A model generated the notes under the pieces. It was given only the letters and a program-made list of their open reading frames with translations. It did no database searches and was not told the origin of the DNA. Made by a program: the position numbers and the translations under genes. DNA of 64,000 nt from an uncultured virus (IMG/VR IMGVR_UViG_3300031851_003023) (Duplodnaviria; Heunggongvirae; Uroviricota; Caudoviricetes): IMG/VR virus record IMGVR_UViG_3300031851_003023; one strand, 5' to 3'. Below are positions 8,443-19,241 of the stretch, in pieces; position 1 is the stretch's first letter; each line of letters starts with the position of its first letter.

Positions 8443-10044
8443 GTGGCCGTAGTACAAATCAGTCGTATACAAGTCCGTAGAGGACAAGCAAATCAAGGAT
8501 CGGGTATTCCACAACTTGCTGGCGGAGAATTTGGCTGGGCGGTTGACGGACAAGAACTTTACATAGGCAACGGTAGTGTTGCAGAAGGTGCTCCGTTTGT
8601 AGGTAACTCAAAAGTACTTACAGAACACGATGATTTGTTTAGTTTAGTTGGCACATATGCATACAAGCGTGGTAGTGTTGACACTGGTGAAGGTATTGCT
8701 GTAGAGCGTACACTCAATGATAGACTAGATGACATCGTAAGTGTTCGTTCATTTGGTTGTGCAGGTGACGGATCAGACGTTACAACCAAGTTACAAAAAG
8801 CATTATATGAATTATTCCTAAACGGAGCAACACGTAATAACCCACAGAGTAGAGTAGTATTGCATGTTGAGCCAGGTATATATAGAATAAGTTCAACAAT
8901 ACACATACCACCTTACGCAACTATAGTTGGAGCAGGTAAAGAGAAAACTGTTTTTATTAAGACAGGCGACTTTACAATGTTTCAAACTATATCAAGTGAT
9001 ACAACCTATGACGGCGTAATATCTAATACTGTTGTGTATCAAGATCCAACAATGTCTTATGCAAACAGTGCAAGATACATTTCATTTAAAGATTGTACAC
9101 TTCAAACAGAATCAGAAGACGGCACACTACTAGTTTTAAATAGCTGTCGCGATAGCCGTTTTGAGAATGTAAAATTTGAAGGTACTAAACTAACAAATAC
9201 AGCAACTAATCCTGCTGTTCAGATAAGAAGTAAAAGTGATGCTGTTCGAGCAGAGTTTAATAGATTTATTGATTGTGAGTTTGTTTCTATAGGTAAAGCT
9301 ATAGTAAGCAACCATAACATATCACGTAATGAAATAGACTCATGCAAGTTCTTCAACATTACTAAGGCAATTGAACTAGGTGTAACACCTACAATTGGCC
9401 AAGCAAACGCAACCGACAACAACATTAGAGAGTGTTACTTTGAGACCATAGAGCAACAGGCAATTCACATTGCAAATGGTACACGTAATTCTAGCATCAA
9501 TAACAGATTTGGTCCTAGTGTTGGTAATAATGGCGGAAGTGAAACAACTGTTGCTCACAGTATAATAAAATTTGGAGAATCAGGCAATATTTCAGTTGAC
9601 AATGAGTTTGATAGAACGTATAATTTAAGTATTAATCAGGCGTATATAGTTAGTAAACCATATATTCCAGAGGTTGAAGGACCTGCGTTTTATGAACACG
9701 AGTACACTGAACAAGTTGACCTTGCCCAAATTGGCACACCACAACTTTTGTTTAGATTGGCTGCTGATACTACTAAGTCATTTGATATTGACTACTGGTA
9801 TAAAACAGACAGAACTGGCATTGTGTTTTCGAGATCAGGTACGTTGACCGTATTTGTAAACAGAGAGAACAATAGCGTTAGTATAATGGATGATTACGAC
9901 ATAAGTGGACTAGATAGTTTAGGAGAAAGTTTGCTCTTTAGTGCAACACTAAACGAATTAGAGAGTGCGTGGAGTGCCCAGGTAAAGTATACCAATCAAC
10001 TCGACTCAGGAAAATTAACATTTAAAATACGTTCACGAAGTTAG
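8443..10044 (+). CDS. Tail/baseplate-associated protein with beta-helix (pectin-lyase-like) domain
   Basis: RIQVRRG...PQLAGGEFGWAVD..LYIGNG N-terminal module; VRSFGCAGDG.DVT and PGIYRI motifs; GTG start after AGGAG. Confidence 0.7.
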   Translation: MAVVQISRIQVRRGQANQGSGIPQLAGGEFGWAVDGQELYIGNGSVAEGAPFVGNSKVLTEHDDLFSLVGTYAYKRGSVDTGEGIAVERTLNDRLDDIVSVRSFGCAGDGSDVTTKLQKALYELFLNGATRNNPQSRVVLHVEPGIYRISSTIHIPPYATIVGAGKEKTVFIKTGDFTMFQTISSDTTYDGVISNTVVYQDPTMSYANSARYISFKDCTLQTESEDGTLLVLNSCRDSRFENVKFEGTKLTNTATNPAVQIRSKSDAVRAEFNRFIDCEFVSIGKAIVSNHNISRNEIDSCKFFNITKAIELGVTPTIGQANATDNNIRECYFETIEQQAIHIANGTRNSSINNRFGPSVGNNGGSETTVAHSIIKFGESGNISVDNEFDRTYNLSINQAYIVSKPYIPEVEGPAFYEHEYTEQVDLAQIGTPQLLFRLAADTTKSFDIDYWYKTDRTGIVFSRSGTLTVFVNRENNSVSIMDDYDISGLDSLGESLLFSATLNELESAWSAQVKYTNQLDSGKLTFKIRSRS

Positions 10045-10048
10045 ACGT

Positions 10049-10474
10049 ATGTTTGAAGAAAAATATGAGAAGAGGCTGCAATCGTGGCACGATTTCCGAG
10101 AGGAGCTCGAGGCACACCCGGATCCACTACAGCACACCATAGATGCATATCAGCATGTTCCAAGAGTAAGTATACACACTGACCCTTGGGACCAAAAGAT
10201 GTGGCCTCAACCGTGGGAGCTAATTCATGAAAATCAGTATTGTACCTTCTGTACTGTACTAGGAATGTGCTATTCACTACAGTTAACAGAACGCTTTAAA
10301 GAGGAATTGGTAGAGATACATATCTGTATAGATAGAGAGAAGAACGAGACTTTTTATCTATTAATGATTCAAGATAGAGTAATTGGGTATGATGACGAGA
10401 GTCATATTTCAGCTTCGGATCTACCAGAAGAAATAATTTCGCAACGTGTCTATACAATGCCGCGTCAGCAATAA
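10049..10474 (+). CDS. Hypothetical phage protein
   Basis: ORF directly following the tail gene. Confidence 0.6.
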   Translation: MFEEKYEKRLQSWHDFREELEAHPDPLQHTIDAYQHVPRVSIHTDPWDQKMWPQPWELIHENQYCTFCTVLGMCYSLQLTERFKEELVEIHICIDREKNETFYLLMIQDRVIGYDDESHISASDLPEEIISQRVYTMPRQQ

Positions 10475-10505
10475 ATAATAAACTTAATAGGAACAGGAGA
10501 ACAAC

Positions 10506-12809
10506 ATGTCCAACGGCATACAAATCATCAAAAGAAACGGCGACAAAGAATTTATTAACATCGATAAAATACACAAGGTAGTAGAATTTGCTTGTGAAGG
10601 CTTAGCGGGTGTTAGTAGTAGTCAGATTGAGATGAATGCTAATTTACAATTTTATGATGGCATGGCAACAACAGCAATCCAAGAGATACTTGTACGAAGT
10701 GCAAATGATCTTATTTCATTAGATGCTCCTAACTATCAATATGCCGCCGCTAGACTATTAAGTTATGGTGTTAATAAAGATGTGTTCGGCGAGTATAATG
10801 CAATTACATTACAGCAAAACATTGATCGCAATATTGAGCGTAAAGTGTATGATAAAGAAATCCTAGACCTATATACAGCAGAAGAAATAGCAACACTCGA
10901 TAGTTACATTAAGCACAAGCGTGATGAGAACTTTACCTATGCAGGACTACGCCAAGTAGTTGACAAATATCTTTGTCAGGATCGTTCAAATGGTGAGATA
11001 TTTGAAACTCCACAATTTATGTATATGATGATCGCAGCAACACTATTTGCAAGATACCCAGAAGAATCACGTATGCACTACGTAAGGAGATACTACGATG
11101 CGACCTCACTTTTTAAAATCAATATCCCAACGCCCGTTATGGCGGGGGTTCGAACGCCAGTCAAACAGTTTGCTTCGTGTGTACTGGTGGACAGCGACGA
11201 TACTTTGGATAGCATTTTTGCTTCTGATATGGCTATTGGTCGTTATACAGCTCAACGTGCTGGCATTGGTATTAATGCTGGTAGAATTCGCGGGGTCAAC
11301 GCTAAAATACGTGGCGGCGAAGTGGCGCACACTGGTATCATTCCTTTCTTAAAGAAGTTTGAATCAACAGTACGTTGTTGTACACAAAATGGTGTACGTG
11401 GTGGTAGTGCAACTACGCACTTCCCTTTTTGGCATCAAGAGATTGAAGATATTCTTGTACTAAAGAACAACAAAGGTACTGAAGATAATCGTGTACGTAA
11501 ATTAGATTACAGTATACAGTTAAACAAAACTATGTATGAAAGATTGTTATCTGGTGGTGATATAACTCTTTTCTCGCCGCATGATGTTCCAGGCTTATAC
11601 GAATCATACTTTGGTGATGCAGACAAGTTTAAAGAACTATATGAAAAGTATGAACGTGCTACTAGTGTTAAAAAGAAAACTATTTCAGCAATGGACTTGT
11701 TTAGTGCATTAGTAAAAGAACGTGCAGAGACAGGGCGTATATACATTATGAATGTAGACCACGCAAATACACATAGTTCATTCAAAGACACAGTATACAT
11801 GAGTAACTTGTGTCAAGAGATTACATTACCTACAAAGCCACTTAACCACATTGATGATCCAGAAGGTGAAATTGCATTGTGTATCCTAAGTGCTATTAAT
11901 GTAGGTACACTAAGAAACTTAGATGACTTAGGAGAATTATGCGAACTTGCTGTTAGAGCATTAGAAGAAATTATTGACTATCAGAAGTACCCAATTAAAG
12001 CGGCAGAGATTAGCACAAAAGCAAGGCGTTCATTAGGTGTAGGTTATATTGGACTAGCACACTACCTTGCAAAGAATCATGTTAAATATGATGACAAACA
12101 AGCATGGAAATTAGTACACGATTTAACAGAAGCATTCCAGTACTATTTGTTAAAAGCAAGTAATACTATTGCAAAAGAGCGTGGTGCATGCGAATACTTT
12201 AACCGTACTAAGTATGCAGATGGCATACTACCAATTGACACATACAAGAAAGATGTCGATGACGTAGTAGAAAACAAACTAAACTATGACTGGGAAGCTC
12301 TACGCACAGACATTAAAGAGCACGGACTACGTCATTCAACGCTGTCAGCACAAATGCCAAGCGAAAGTTCAAGTGTTGTATCAAATGCTACAAACGGTAT
12401 TGAAGCGCCAAGAGGCTTCTTGTCAGTTAAGAAGTCAAAGAAAGGTCCTTTGAAGCAGATTGTTCCACAGTATCAAACACTAAAGAACCACTACAGTTTG
12501 TTATGGGAGATGCCAAACAACACAGGATATATAAATATAGTTGCGGTAATGCAAAAGTTCTTTGACCAAGCAATTAGCGGCAACTGGAGTTACAATCCAA
12601 CACACTTCGAAAATAACGAAGTACCAATGAGCGTAATGATAGGTGATCTACTTAACACATACAAGTTAGGTTGGAAGACATCATACTATCAGAACACATA
12701 TGATTATAAAACAGATCCTAGTGAGCTAGAAGACGAAGCACCACTAGAAGAATTGCCACAGGGCGAATTTGAGAACGATGAAGAAGAGTGCGAAGCTTGT
12801 GCAATTTAG
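10506..12809 (+). CDS. nrdA: Ribonucleotide reductase class Ia alpha subunit
   Basis: N-terminal ATP cone, QFASCVL, SNLCQEI, C-terminal CEAC; uninterrupted. Confidence 0.98.
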   Translation: MSNGIQIIKRNGDKEFINIDKIHKVVEFACEGLAGVSSSQIEMNANLQFYDGMATTAIQEILVRSANDLISLDAPNYQYAAARLLSYGVNKDVFGEYNAITLQQNIDRNIERKVYDKEILDLYTAEEIATLDSYIKHKRDENFTYAGLRQVVDKYLCQDRSNGEIFETPQFMYMMIAATLFARYPEESRMHYVRRYYDATSLFKINIPTPVMAGVRTPVKQFASCVLVDSDDTLDSIFASDMAIGRYTAQRAGIGINAGRIRGVNAKIRGGEVAHTGIIPFLKKFESTVRCCTQNGVRGGSATTHFPFWHQEIEDILVLKNNKGTEDNRVRKLDYSIQLNKTMYERLLSGGDITLFSPHDVPGLYESYFGDADKFKELYEKYERATSVKKKTISAMDLFSALVKERAETGRIYIMNVDHANTHSSFKDTVYMSNLCQEITLPTKPLNHIDDPEGEIALCILSAINVGTLRNLDDLGELCELAVRALEEIIDYQKYPIKAAEISTKARRSLGVGYIGLAHYLAKNHVKYDDKQAWKLVHDLTEAFQYYLLKASNTIAKERGACEYFNRTKYADGILPIDTYKKDVDDVVENKLNYDWEALRTDIKEHGLRHSTLSAQMPSESSSVVSNATNGIEAPRGFLSVKKSKKGPLKQIVPQYQTLKNHYSLLWEMPNNTGYINIVAVMQKFFDQAISGNWSYNPTHFENNEVPMSVMIGDLLNTYKLGWKTSYYQNTYDYKTDPSELEDEAPLEELPQGEFENDEEECEACAI

Positions 12810-12869
12810 TTCTTGACAAACGATAGAAAAGATAGTAGCATAGCTACATAGGAAAGAGGAAAGTTTAAA

Positions 12870-13973
12870 ATGGCGAAAACAGTATTCAACACTGATAAGG
12901 TTGACTTTACAAAACAAAACATGTTCTTCGGAGCAGATCAAAACACACAGAGATATGATGTATTCAAGTTTCCTGTGTTTGATAAATTAAACCAAACGAT
13001 GCTTGGATATTTTTGGCGTCCTGAAGAAGTAAGTTTACAAAAAGATAGAGCAGACTATGCTAACTTCCGCCCTGAGCAGAAGCATATCTTTACAGCAAAC
13101 TTAAAGTATCAAACATTACTTGACAGCGTACAAGGACGTGGTCCATGCCTAGCATTTTTGCCGCATGTATCATTGCCTGAGCTAGAAGGTTGTATTGTTA
13201 CTTGGGACTTCTTTGAAACTATCCACTCACGTTCGTATACACATATTATGAAAAATGTGTATCCAGACCCAAGTGAAGTATTTGATACAATCTTAGACGA
13301 CAAAGAGATTCTAAAACGTGCAGAAGCCGTTACTAAGAACTACGATGCATTTACAGAAGCGGCAGACGCTTACAATCATCGTGGCGAAGGTAGTATGCTA
13401 GATGTCAAAAAGAAGCTCTACTTGGCTATGATGAACGTAAATATCTTAGAAGGACTTCGCTTCTATGTAAGTTTTGCATGTACATTTGGTTTTGGCGAAC
13501 TAAAACTAATGGAAGGATCAGCAAAGATTATTTCATTAATTGCACGTGACGAAGCACAGCACTTGGCACTTAGCACACACGTTCTTAAGAACTGGAGCAA
13601 TGGCAAAGACGATCCACAAATGGTTAAGATTGCTAAAGAGTGTAAAGAAGAAGTGTACGAAATGTGGCGTACTTGTGTAGCAGAAGAAAAGGCATGGGCG
13701 GAGTACTTGTTTAAAGATGGTTCAATGATTGGACTTAATGCAACACTTCTTAATCAGTATGTAGAGTATATTGCTAACAGACGATTAAAAGCATTAGGAC
13801 TAGATGCAATCTTTGACCAACCTGTAAACACTAACCCATTACCGTGGACTACACATTGGTTGAGTAGTTCAGGCCTGCAGGTAGCCCCACAAGAGACAGA
13901 AGTTGAGTCTTATGTTATTGGTGGTATTAAACAAGACGTAAGTGAAGATTCACTTAAAGGATTTAGTTTATGA
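12870..13973 (+). CDS. nrdB: Ribonucleotide reductase class Ia beta subunit
   Basis: FWRPEEV, ETIHSRSY, EGLRFYVSF, RDEAQH, VAPQETE. Confidence 0.98.
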   Translation: MAKTVFNTDKVDFTKQNMFFGADQNTQRYDVFKFPVFDKLNQTMLGYFWRPEEVSLQKDRADYANFRPEQKHIFTANLKYQTLLDSVQGRGPCLAFLPHVSLPELEGCIVTWDFFETIHSRSYTHIMKNVYPDPSEVFDTILDDKEILKRAEAVTKNYDAFTEAADAYNHRGEGSMLDVKKKLYLAMMNVNILEGLRFYVSFACTFGFGELKLMEGSAKIISLIARDEAQHLALSTHVLKNWSNGKDDPQMVKIAKECKEEVYEMWRTCVAEEKAWAEYLFKDGSMIGLNATLLNQYVEYIANRRLKALGLDAIFDQPVNTNPLPWTTHWLSSSGLQVAPQETEVESYVIGGIKQDVSEDSLKGFSL

Positions 13974-14227
13974 CAAATGTAGTAGTATGGAGTAAGCCAC
14001 TATGCACATTCTGTGACAAAGCGAAAGCAAAGTTAGATGCAATGCATGTGAATTACGAAGTAAAAATGATTGGAACTGATGTAGAGTTAGAAGACTTACT
14101 CGAAGCTGTTCCAGGAGCAAGGAGTGTACCGCAAATACAAATCAATGGTGAGAACATTGGCGGCTACACAGAATTATTAAAATACATTGAAGACACCAAC
14201 TTCAATGGCACAGGACACACATTATAA
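13970..14227 (+). CDS. Glutaredoxin
   Basis: CTFC active site, SVPQI, IGGY; follows nrdB. Confidence 0.93.
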   Translation: MTNVVVWSKPLCTFCDKAKAKLDAMHVNYEVKMIGTDVELEDLLEAVPGARSVPQIQINGENIGGYTELLKYIEDTNFNGTGHTL

Positions 14228-14514
14228 TGTTGATTCAAAAAACACACAGCATCGGTGACGTAGTTTCAATGAAGCTATCAACTGGTGAAGAAATAATTGG
14301 TAGATTAGAAGAAGAATCTGAAACAGGTTACAAACTTAAGAAACCATTTGCAATAGTAATGGGCCAGCAAGGTCTTGCACTAGCACCATTTATGTTTAGT
14401 ACAGCAAATGATCAGTCAATGACATTTAAGCATACTAACGTAATGACTGTTGGCATAACAATTGAAGAAATTTCAAAACAGTATGTCCAACAAACTACAG
14501 GTATTGTAACTTAA
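14227..14514 (+). CDS. Small Sm/SH3-like beta protein
   Basis: VSMKLSTGEEIIG...LAPF pattern common in T4-like phages. Confidence 0.55.
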   Translation: MLIQKTHSIGDVVSMKLSTGEEIIGRLEEESETGYKLKKPFAIVMGQQGLALAPFMFSTANDQSMTFKHTNVMTVGITIEEISKQYVQQTTGIVT

Positions 14515-14780
14515 TGCCTGGAATTAGTCGTAACAATGATACAGCTGACGGAGATTTAATTTCAAGTCAGACCACTGTTTTTGCAAACAGTGAGCTTGTT
14601 ATTGTTGACGGCGACGATGTAGCTGGTCACGGGTCAGGCACACATGCCTCCCCAACTATGATAGCAAATTCTAACAATGTATTCATTGATGGAGTTGCTG
14701 TTGTAAACGCAGGTGACCTTGCTACATGTGGAGATGCAGCAACAGGTAGTGCCAACGTAAATGTTGGCGATCCTAGCTAA
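14514..14780 (+). CDS. PAAR-like spike tip protein
   Basis: H...H, NVFIDGVAVVNAGDLATCG and GSANVNVG. Confidence 0.8.
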   Translation: MPGISRNNDTADGDLISSQTTVFANSELVIVDGDDVAGHGSGTHASPTMIANSNNVFIDGVAVVNAGDLATCGDAATGSANVNVGDPS

Positions 14781-14853
14781 ACCACTTTTAACACCCCTAA
14801 AACGTAGATCACGTAAATAATTTTGTAAAAAAAACATAATACAGGAGAGCATT

Positions 14854-15030
14854 ATGGCGACACATGAAGAAATTGTACAAGCGTACAACAACTATTTGGC
14901 AGAGCATGCAACTTTCGAAGAGAAAGGTGTAAAGGCAGCTGCAACAAGAGCTAGAAAGGCACTTGGCGACTTAGGTAAACTTACCAAAGATCGTAGAAAA
15001 GAAATCATTGATCGTAAAAACTCAATGTAA
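14854..15030 (+). CDS. Histone H1-like Hc1-type small basic protein (not in ORF track)
   Basis: 58 aa MATHEEIVQAY...FEEKGVKAAATRARKALGDLGKLTKDRRKEI; AGGAG SD. Confidence 0.75.
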   Translation: MATHEEIVQAYNNYLAEHATFEEKGVKAAATRARKALGDLGKLTKDRRKEIIDRKNSM

Positions 15031-15242
15031 TGAGTGGACAACGGAGATGGCTTAGAACTTGGGCGCGAACTGTTGGTATGCCAATTGGTGTTACTGATGA
15101 CGATAAACCAGAGTTTTTGCCCATCACCCAACAGGAAGTGCGGAGAGCATTAGCGTTCCGTACTTTTTGGATTGTCTTACACATACTAACGTGTTGTATG
15201 ATTATCGCAGGAAATGCTAAGGCATTATTCTTTTCAAATTAG
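15030..15242 (+). CDS. Small membrane protein
   Basis: TAATG coupling; C-terminal hydrophobic helix. Confidence 0.55.
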   Translation: MSGQRRWLRTWARTVGMPIGVTDDDKPEFLPITQQEVRRALAFRTFWIVLHILTCCMIIAGNAKALFFSN

Positions 15243-15326
15243 TTAACTGATTTTGATTAGAAGTATAAATAACCTGTGCGTTTAATAAACAACACACAAT
15301 AAAAAATAATATAAAAGGATGTTTTT

Positions 15327-15929
15327 ATGAAAAAACTATTATTATCAATAGTAGCATTAACCGCTTTGGCTGGAACAGCAATGGCAGACGATTTCAATAA
15401 TACTGGAATTGCTCTTAACGTTGAAAACCAAGGAGTTACATTTGGCTACGCAAATGGTACACACGCAGACTTTGCTGATGACGCAGAAGTGTTTTCACTA
15501 GGTGTAAGTAATGTACTACCAGTAGACTTTGGACTACAAATGATTAACGACGGATCAGCAGATGACTATCGTTTAAATGTATCTAAAGGATATTCAAAGA
15601 CACTAATCAACCTAAACGTATATGGTGTTGCAGAAGCACACTATGACTTTGGTGATTCATACGATAAGAACAGATTAGTTCTTAGTCCGTATGTAGGTGT
15701 TGAAATGCCTGTAGGTGGATTAACTCCATATGCAGAGTTTGGATACGATTTTGCATCATTAGAAGGCGCACACACTGACTTTAATAGAGTTGATAGTTAT
15801 GCGGCTCTAGGTACAAAAGTATCAGTCAATGACAGATTAGATCTTAACTTGCAACTATTGCAAAAGATGGATACTGACTTTGACAGTACAGATAGAGAAT
15901 TTGTAGTAGGGTTTAACTTTAAGTTGTAA
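15327..15929 (+). CDS. Outer-membrane beta-barrel protein
   Basis: Sec signal peptide (AMA-D), alternating beta-strand pattern, C-terminal VGFNFKL beta signal. Confidence 0.75.
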   Translation: MKKLLLSIVALTALAGTAMADDFNNTGIALNVENQGVTFGYANGTHADFADDAEVFSLGVSNVLPVDFGLQMINDGSADDYRLNVSKGYSKTLINLNVYGVAEAHYDFGDSYDKNRLVLSPYVGVEMPVGGLTPYAEFGYDFASLEGAHTDFNRVDSYAALGTKVSVNDRLDLNLQLLQKMDTDFDSTDREFVVGFNFKL

Positions 15930-15954
15930 ATTACTACAAAGTTCTATTTGAATT

Positions 15955-15983
15955 AAAAAGGTTGCTTTGTGCAGCCTTTTTTT
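15955..15983 (+). terminator. Intrinsic terminator, possibly bidirectional
   Basis: AAAAAGGTTGC-loop-GCAGCCTTTTTTT. Confidence 0.75.
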
Positions 15984-16020
15984 ATGACTAAATAATGTTA
16001 GCATATTAAGGGCAGGGCAA

Positions 16021-16362
16021 ATGCGAGATAAATTACGCAAATGGTTTAACATAGACAACATCATTGATGCTACGGTTGACTTGTTTTTAATATTGTTTGA
16101 TGTACTGTCTTCGCCTATACTAATCGTAATGAGATTGGCACGTTTTGTAATAGGTAACTATCTACTAGATGGTGTTAAAGCTAAGATAAAAACGGTAGCA
16201 CATTGGACAGAAGGCAAGCATGTACTAATACAAATTTTAGTATGGGCACTTATAATATGTATAGGATTAATTATTCTTACATTGATGTGGCTCTTTGGAA
16301 CAGCGTTTGGAGAGTTTATAATGGAAGAATGGGGCGATCAAGCATTAAACTTAGATGAATAA
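16021..16362 (+). CDS. Membrane protein
   Basis: Two hydrophobic segments. Confidence 0.6.
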   Translation: MRDKLRKWFNIDNIIDATVDLFLILFDVLSSPILIVMRLARFVIGNYLLDGVKAKIKTVAHWTEGKHVLIQILVWALIICIGLIILTLMWLFGTAFGEFIMEEWGDQALNLDE

Positions 16363-16379
16363 ACAACGAGGGAAATAAA

Positions 16380-16868
16380 ATGCAAAAGAATGAATATGAT
16401 GTAAAAGTCATTAAAGTAGTTGACGGCGACACAGTAGACGTAGATATTGATCTAGGCTTTGGTGTAACACTAACAGACGAACGTGTAAGAATTATGGGCA
16501 TTGATACGCCTGAGTCACGCACAAGAGATAAAGTAGAAGACTTGTTTGGCGAAGCGGCCAAAGCAAGACTAAAAGAACTTATGGAAGATGGCGGTAAACT
16601 TATTACTACTGAAGACCGTAAGGGGGAAGATATGAAAGGCAAGTTCGGACGTGTTCTTGGAGACTTCAAAGTAGAACGTTATGAAAATGGTCCAGCAGAA
16701 CTTGTAACAGATATCCTTATTGAAGAAGGACATGCTGTAGCATATTTTGGCGGTAGTAAAGAAGAAATTGCTGCAAAGCATCTAGTTAATAGAACTAAAT
16801 TACTACGTGAAGGCGTAGTATCTAAGGAAGACTATGATGCCGCAGTTGCGTTAATGGAAGATAAATAA
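16380..16868 (+). CDS. Thermonuclease (SNase-like)
   Basis: KVVDGDTVDV, RIMGIDTPE, GKFGRVLG. Confidence 0.9.
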   Translation: MQKNEYDVKVIKVVDGDTVDVDIDLGFGVTLTDERVRIMGIDTPESRTRDKVEDLFGEAAKARLKELMEDGGKLITTEDRKGEDMKGKFGRVLGDFKVERYENGPAELVTDILIEEGHAVAYFGGSKEEIAAKHLVNRTKLLREGVVSKEDYDAAVALMEDK

Positions 16869-16889
16869 CACTAGCAGAAGGAGATAACA

Positions 16890-17282
16890 ATGGCAGAAGT
16901 AACAAGAGTAAACGGATCAGGACTATCAACAGCCGGAAATGTTTTTAGCAATGGTCACGTATTCGCTTACAAAATTTTAGTTAAAACTGCAAACGGTACA
17001 GCAGTTGATCTGAGAGCAGAAGATGATGCTATTGACGAAGTAGTAGAAGCAATTTGCAGAGAACTTTGTCCTTTAATTTATCATACTACTGACGATGCCA
17101 GTGGTACAATAACTGTAGTATGTGATACATATGATCACTTAGGCTTACAACATAGAATTAGATTAATAGGTGGCGATTGGACTAGATCTACCAATACATA
17201 CGCTGTTACAGCAGTTGGACCAAATGAGATTGATGTAAGCGGTACACTAGTAACAGCGTCCGCAACTCTTGTAGCAACTTAA
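16890..17282 (+). CDS. Putative virion structural protein, similar to 3869..4243
   Basis: MAEVTRVNG...TAG N-terminus; GATAAATA element and AAGGAG SD. Confidence 0.55.
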   Translation: MAEVTRVNGSGLSTAGNVFSNGHVFAYKILVKTANGTAVDLRAEDDAIDEVVEAICRELCPLIYHTTDDASGTITVVCDTYDHLGLQHRIRLIGGDWTRSTNTYAVTAVGPNEIDVSGTLVTASATLVAT

Positions 17283-17294
17283 TACTATAAAAGG

Positions 17295-17323
17295 TTGACA
17301 TAGAGTCTATTCCGTGCTATAGT
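17295..17323 (+). promoter_or_regulatory. sigma70-type promoter
   Basis: TTGACA-N17-TATAGT. Confidence 0.75.
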
Positions 17324-17354
17324 ATTACTATAATATAGGCACGGAGTAGGCAAA

Positions 17355-17807
17355 ATGACAATGCATCTAGCGAGAGGTCTTAGTACCATCAGTACTAAGA
17401 AGCGTAAGAAAAAAGCTCTCACACAAAAAGATATCGAACGATATACTATCGAATGGCGTAAGCACAACAAAGCAATGCGTCGAGCAAACAATCACTCATT
17501 ACAGTACAACACAGTAGAAGACTACATTTCGTATGTCCGAGGTGAGTACAAAGCACCTGTAAAAAGTAGGGGTACATATACTCCTGACACAAGCTGGCGC
17601 AGAAATGACCCAAAGATTCCTTCAGCAATGGAAGAAGCAATCAAAGCAGGTACTTTCAATAGAGGTTGTTCCGGTGGTACTAAGAAAGAAACACCTAAGT
17701 ACACAGGCGATCTTATTGTAGGTATTGCTACAATGCATAAGTCAAATGCTGTTCCTGTTATGCGTGGGACAGATCAAGCAAAAGAAATTGCAAGGATGGC
17801 AAAATGA
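17355..17807 (+). CDS. Conserved T4-like phage hypothetical protein
   Basis: C-terminal YTG..I.GIATMHKSNAVPV motif. Confidence 0.7.
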   Translation: MTMHLARGLSTISTKKRKKKALTQKDIERYTIEWRKHNKAMRRANNHSLQYNTVEDYISYVRGEYKAPVKSRGTYTPDTSWRRNDPKIPSAMEEAIKAGTFNRGCSGGTKKETPKYTGDLIVGIATMHKSNAVPVMRGTDQAKEIARMAK

Positions 17808-18361
17808 AGTTAGTATATGTATGTTTTATCTTGTTGTTTGGAACAATGGCACAAGGATCTACGTTTCAACAACCAATAGAAGGCGAAGTGTTTTCACAAA
17901 TAGAAGAACCTGAACTGTATTGTTTAGCAATAAACATCTATCACGAAGCAAGAGCAGATCATATTGCAGGACAATATGCTGTTGCAGATGTAGTTCTTAA
18001 TCGTGTACAAGATACACGCTACCCTAATACTATTTGTGAAGTAGTAAAACAAGGTCCAGTAAGAGAGAGTTGGAAGACCAAACAGTATTCTAATCTACAC
18101 GATGAAGAACGCATATACAATCCTATTCGACACAAGTGCCAGTTCAGTTGGTGGTGTGATGGCCGTAGTGATTCAACACATGATTTAGATAGTTGGATGC
18201 GAGCCCAAGAGATAGCACAACGTCTTGTATATTTAGGCAAGTATAGAGGTATAACAGAAGGTTCAACTCACTATCATGCAACATATGTTTCCCCAAGATG
18301 GATCAGCGATTTAGATCAAGTTGGGCGTATAGGACAACACATTTTTTACCGTTGGCCATAA
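17804..18361 (+). CDS. SleB-like cell wall hydrolase
   Basis: CLAINIYHEAR, VVLNRV, YPNTICEVVKQ, CQFSW, HYHATYVSPRW, GQHIFY. Confidence 0.92.
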   Translation: MKLVYVCFILLFGTMAQGSTFQQPIEGEVFSQIEEPELYCLAINIYHEARADHIAGQYAVADVVLNRVQDTRYPNTICEVVKQGPVRESWKTKQYSNLHDEERIYNPIRHKCQFSWWCDGRSDSTHDLDSWMRAQEIAQRLVYLGKYRGITEGSTHYHATYVSPRWISDLDQVGRIGQHIFYRWP

Positions 18362-18367
18362 AAGTGG

Positions 18368-18396
18368 TTGACAAAACTTTTTAATGATCATATAAT
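18368..18396 (+). promoter_or_regulatory. sigma70-type promoter
   Basis: TTGACA-N17-TATAAT. Confidence 0.85.
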
Positions 18397-18430
18397 ATAA
18401 ACTTAATGAATAGGCTAATTGGAGGCTCAA

Positions 18431-18922
18431 ATGAAGAATATGTTTAAAGCGGCTACTATCGCCGGTGTTATTTTAACACTTGGAGCATGTAGTTCAATGA
18501 CAACAATCGCAGAACGTGACGAGTATGCACAACCTAAATGGTATGCAAGTTGCGCCCAAGCAGGATCAGAAGGATGGTTCTGGTGGAAAGAACAATATGC
18601 ATATGCATGTGGTGCAGGTGAAAGTGTTCACCAACAAGCCGCCGAAGAGCAGATGTATGCAATCGCAATGAACAACTTTGCAAAACGTATTAACGGCAGA
18701 GTGAATAGCGAAACTAACTTGTCCTTTGTAAATGATGTAAAACAAACTAATACTAGAATCGGATACAAAGTTAAGGACACAGCAATTGTGCAGCACCTTG
18801 AAGAAGAACGTTCAACTTATGTGTACAACGGAAAACAGTATACATTTGTAAAACTCAAGATGCCTAAGGTCGTATTTGACCAGCTGTTATCGCAAAGCAC
18901 AGTAGCTACAGCGAATGATTAG
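18431..18922 (+). CDS. Lipoprotein (LPP20-like)
   Basis: Lipobox LGAC; GGAGG SD before ATG 18431. Confidence 0.7.
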   Translation: MKNMFKAATIAGVILTLGACSSMTTIAERDEYAQPKWYASCAQAGSEGWFWWKEQYAYACGAGESVHQQAAEEQMYAIAMNNFAKRINGRVNSETNLSFVNDVKQTNTRIGYKVKDTAIVQHLEEERSTYVYNGKQYTFVKLKMPKVVFDQLLSQSTVATAND

Positions 18923-19241
18923 GCTCGCACTAATACTTGGAGTAGTCACAGTGCTAGGTGCATGTACTACTCCAGCTATCTACGACTATACACCACAGTA
19001 CTGTTACACTGATCAAACGATCGAACGTATAGGTGATATAGTTAACAGTGAAACTAAGTTAGAATGTACTGACAGACCAGGACAACAAGTAGCAACTCAA
19101 CGTGCAGGTATTGACAAAGGTTGCAAAGAGTTTTGGTATACTGAATCTAGGCAGGGTAACTTAATACAACAGCGAGGAGTCTATTGTGAGAAACTTGACG
19201 GAAGTGTTGAGATCATTAATATTGACGGCAACAATAGTTAG
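18915..19241 (+). CDS. Cys-rich lipoprotein
   Basis: Lipobox LGAC. Confidence 0.7.
   Translation: MIRLALILGVVTVLGACTTPAIYDYTPQYCYTDQTIERIGDIVNSETKLECTDRPGQQVATQRAGIDKGCKEFWYTESRQGNLIQQRGVYCEKLDGSVEIINIDGNNS

Noticed and set aside
10506..13973. Introns, inteins or homing endonucleases in nrdA/nrdB
   Set aside because: Both ORFs are continuous and of normal length
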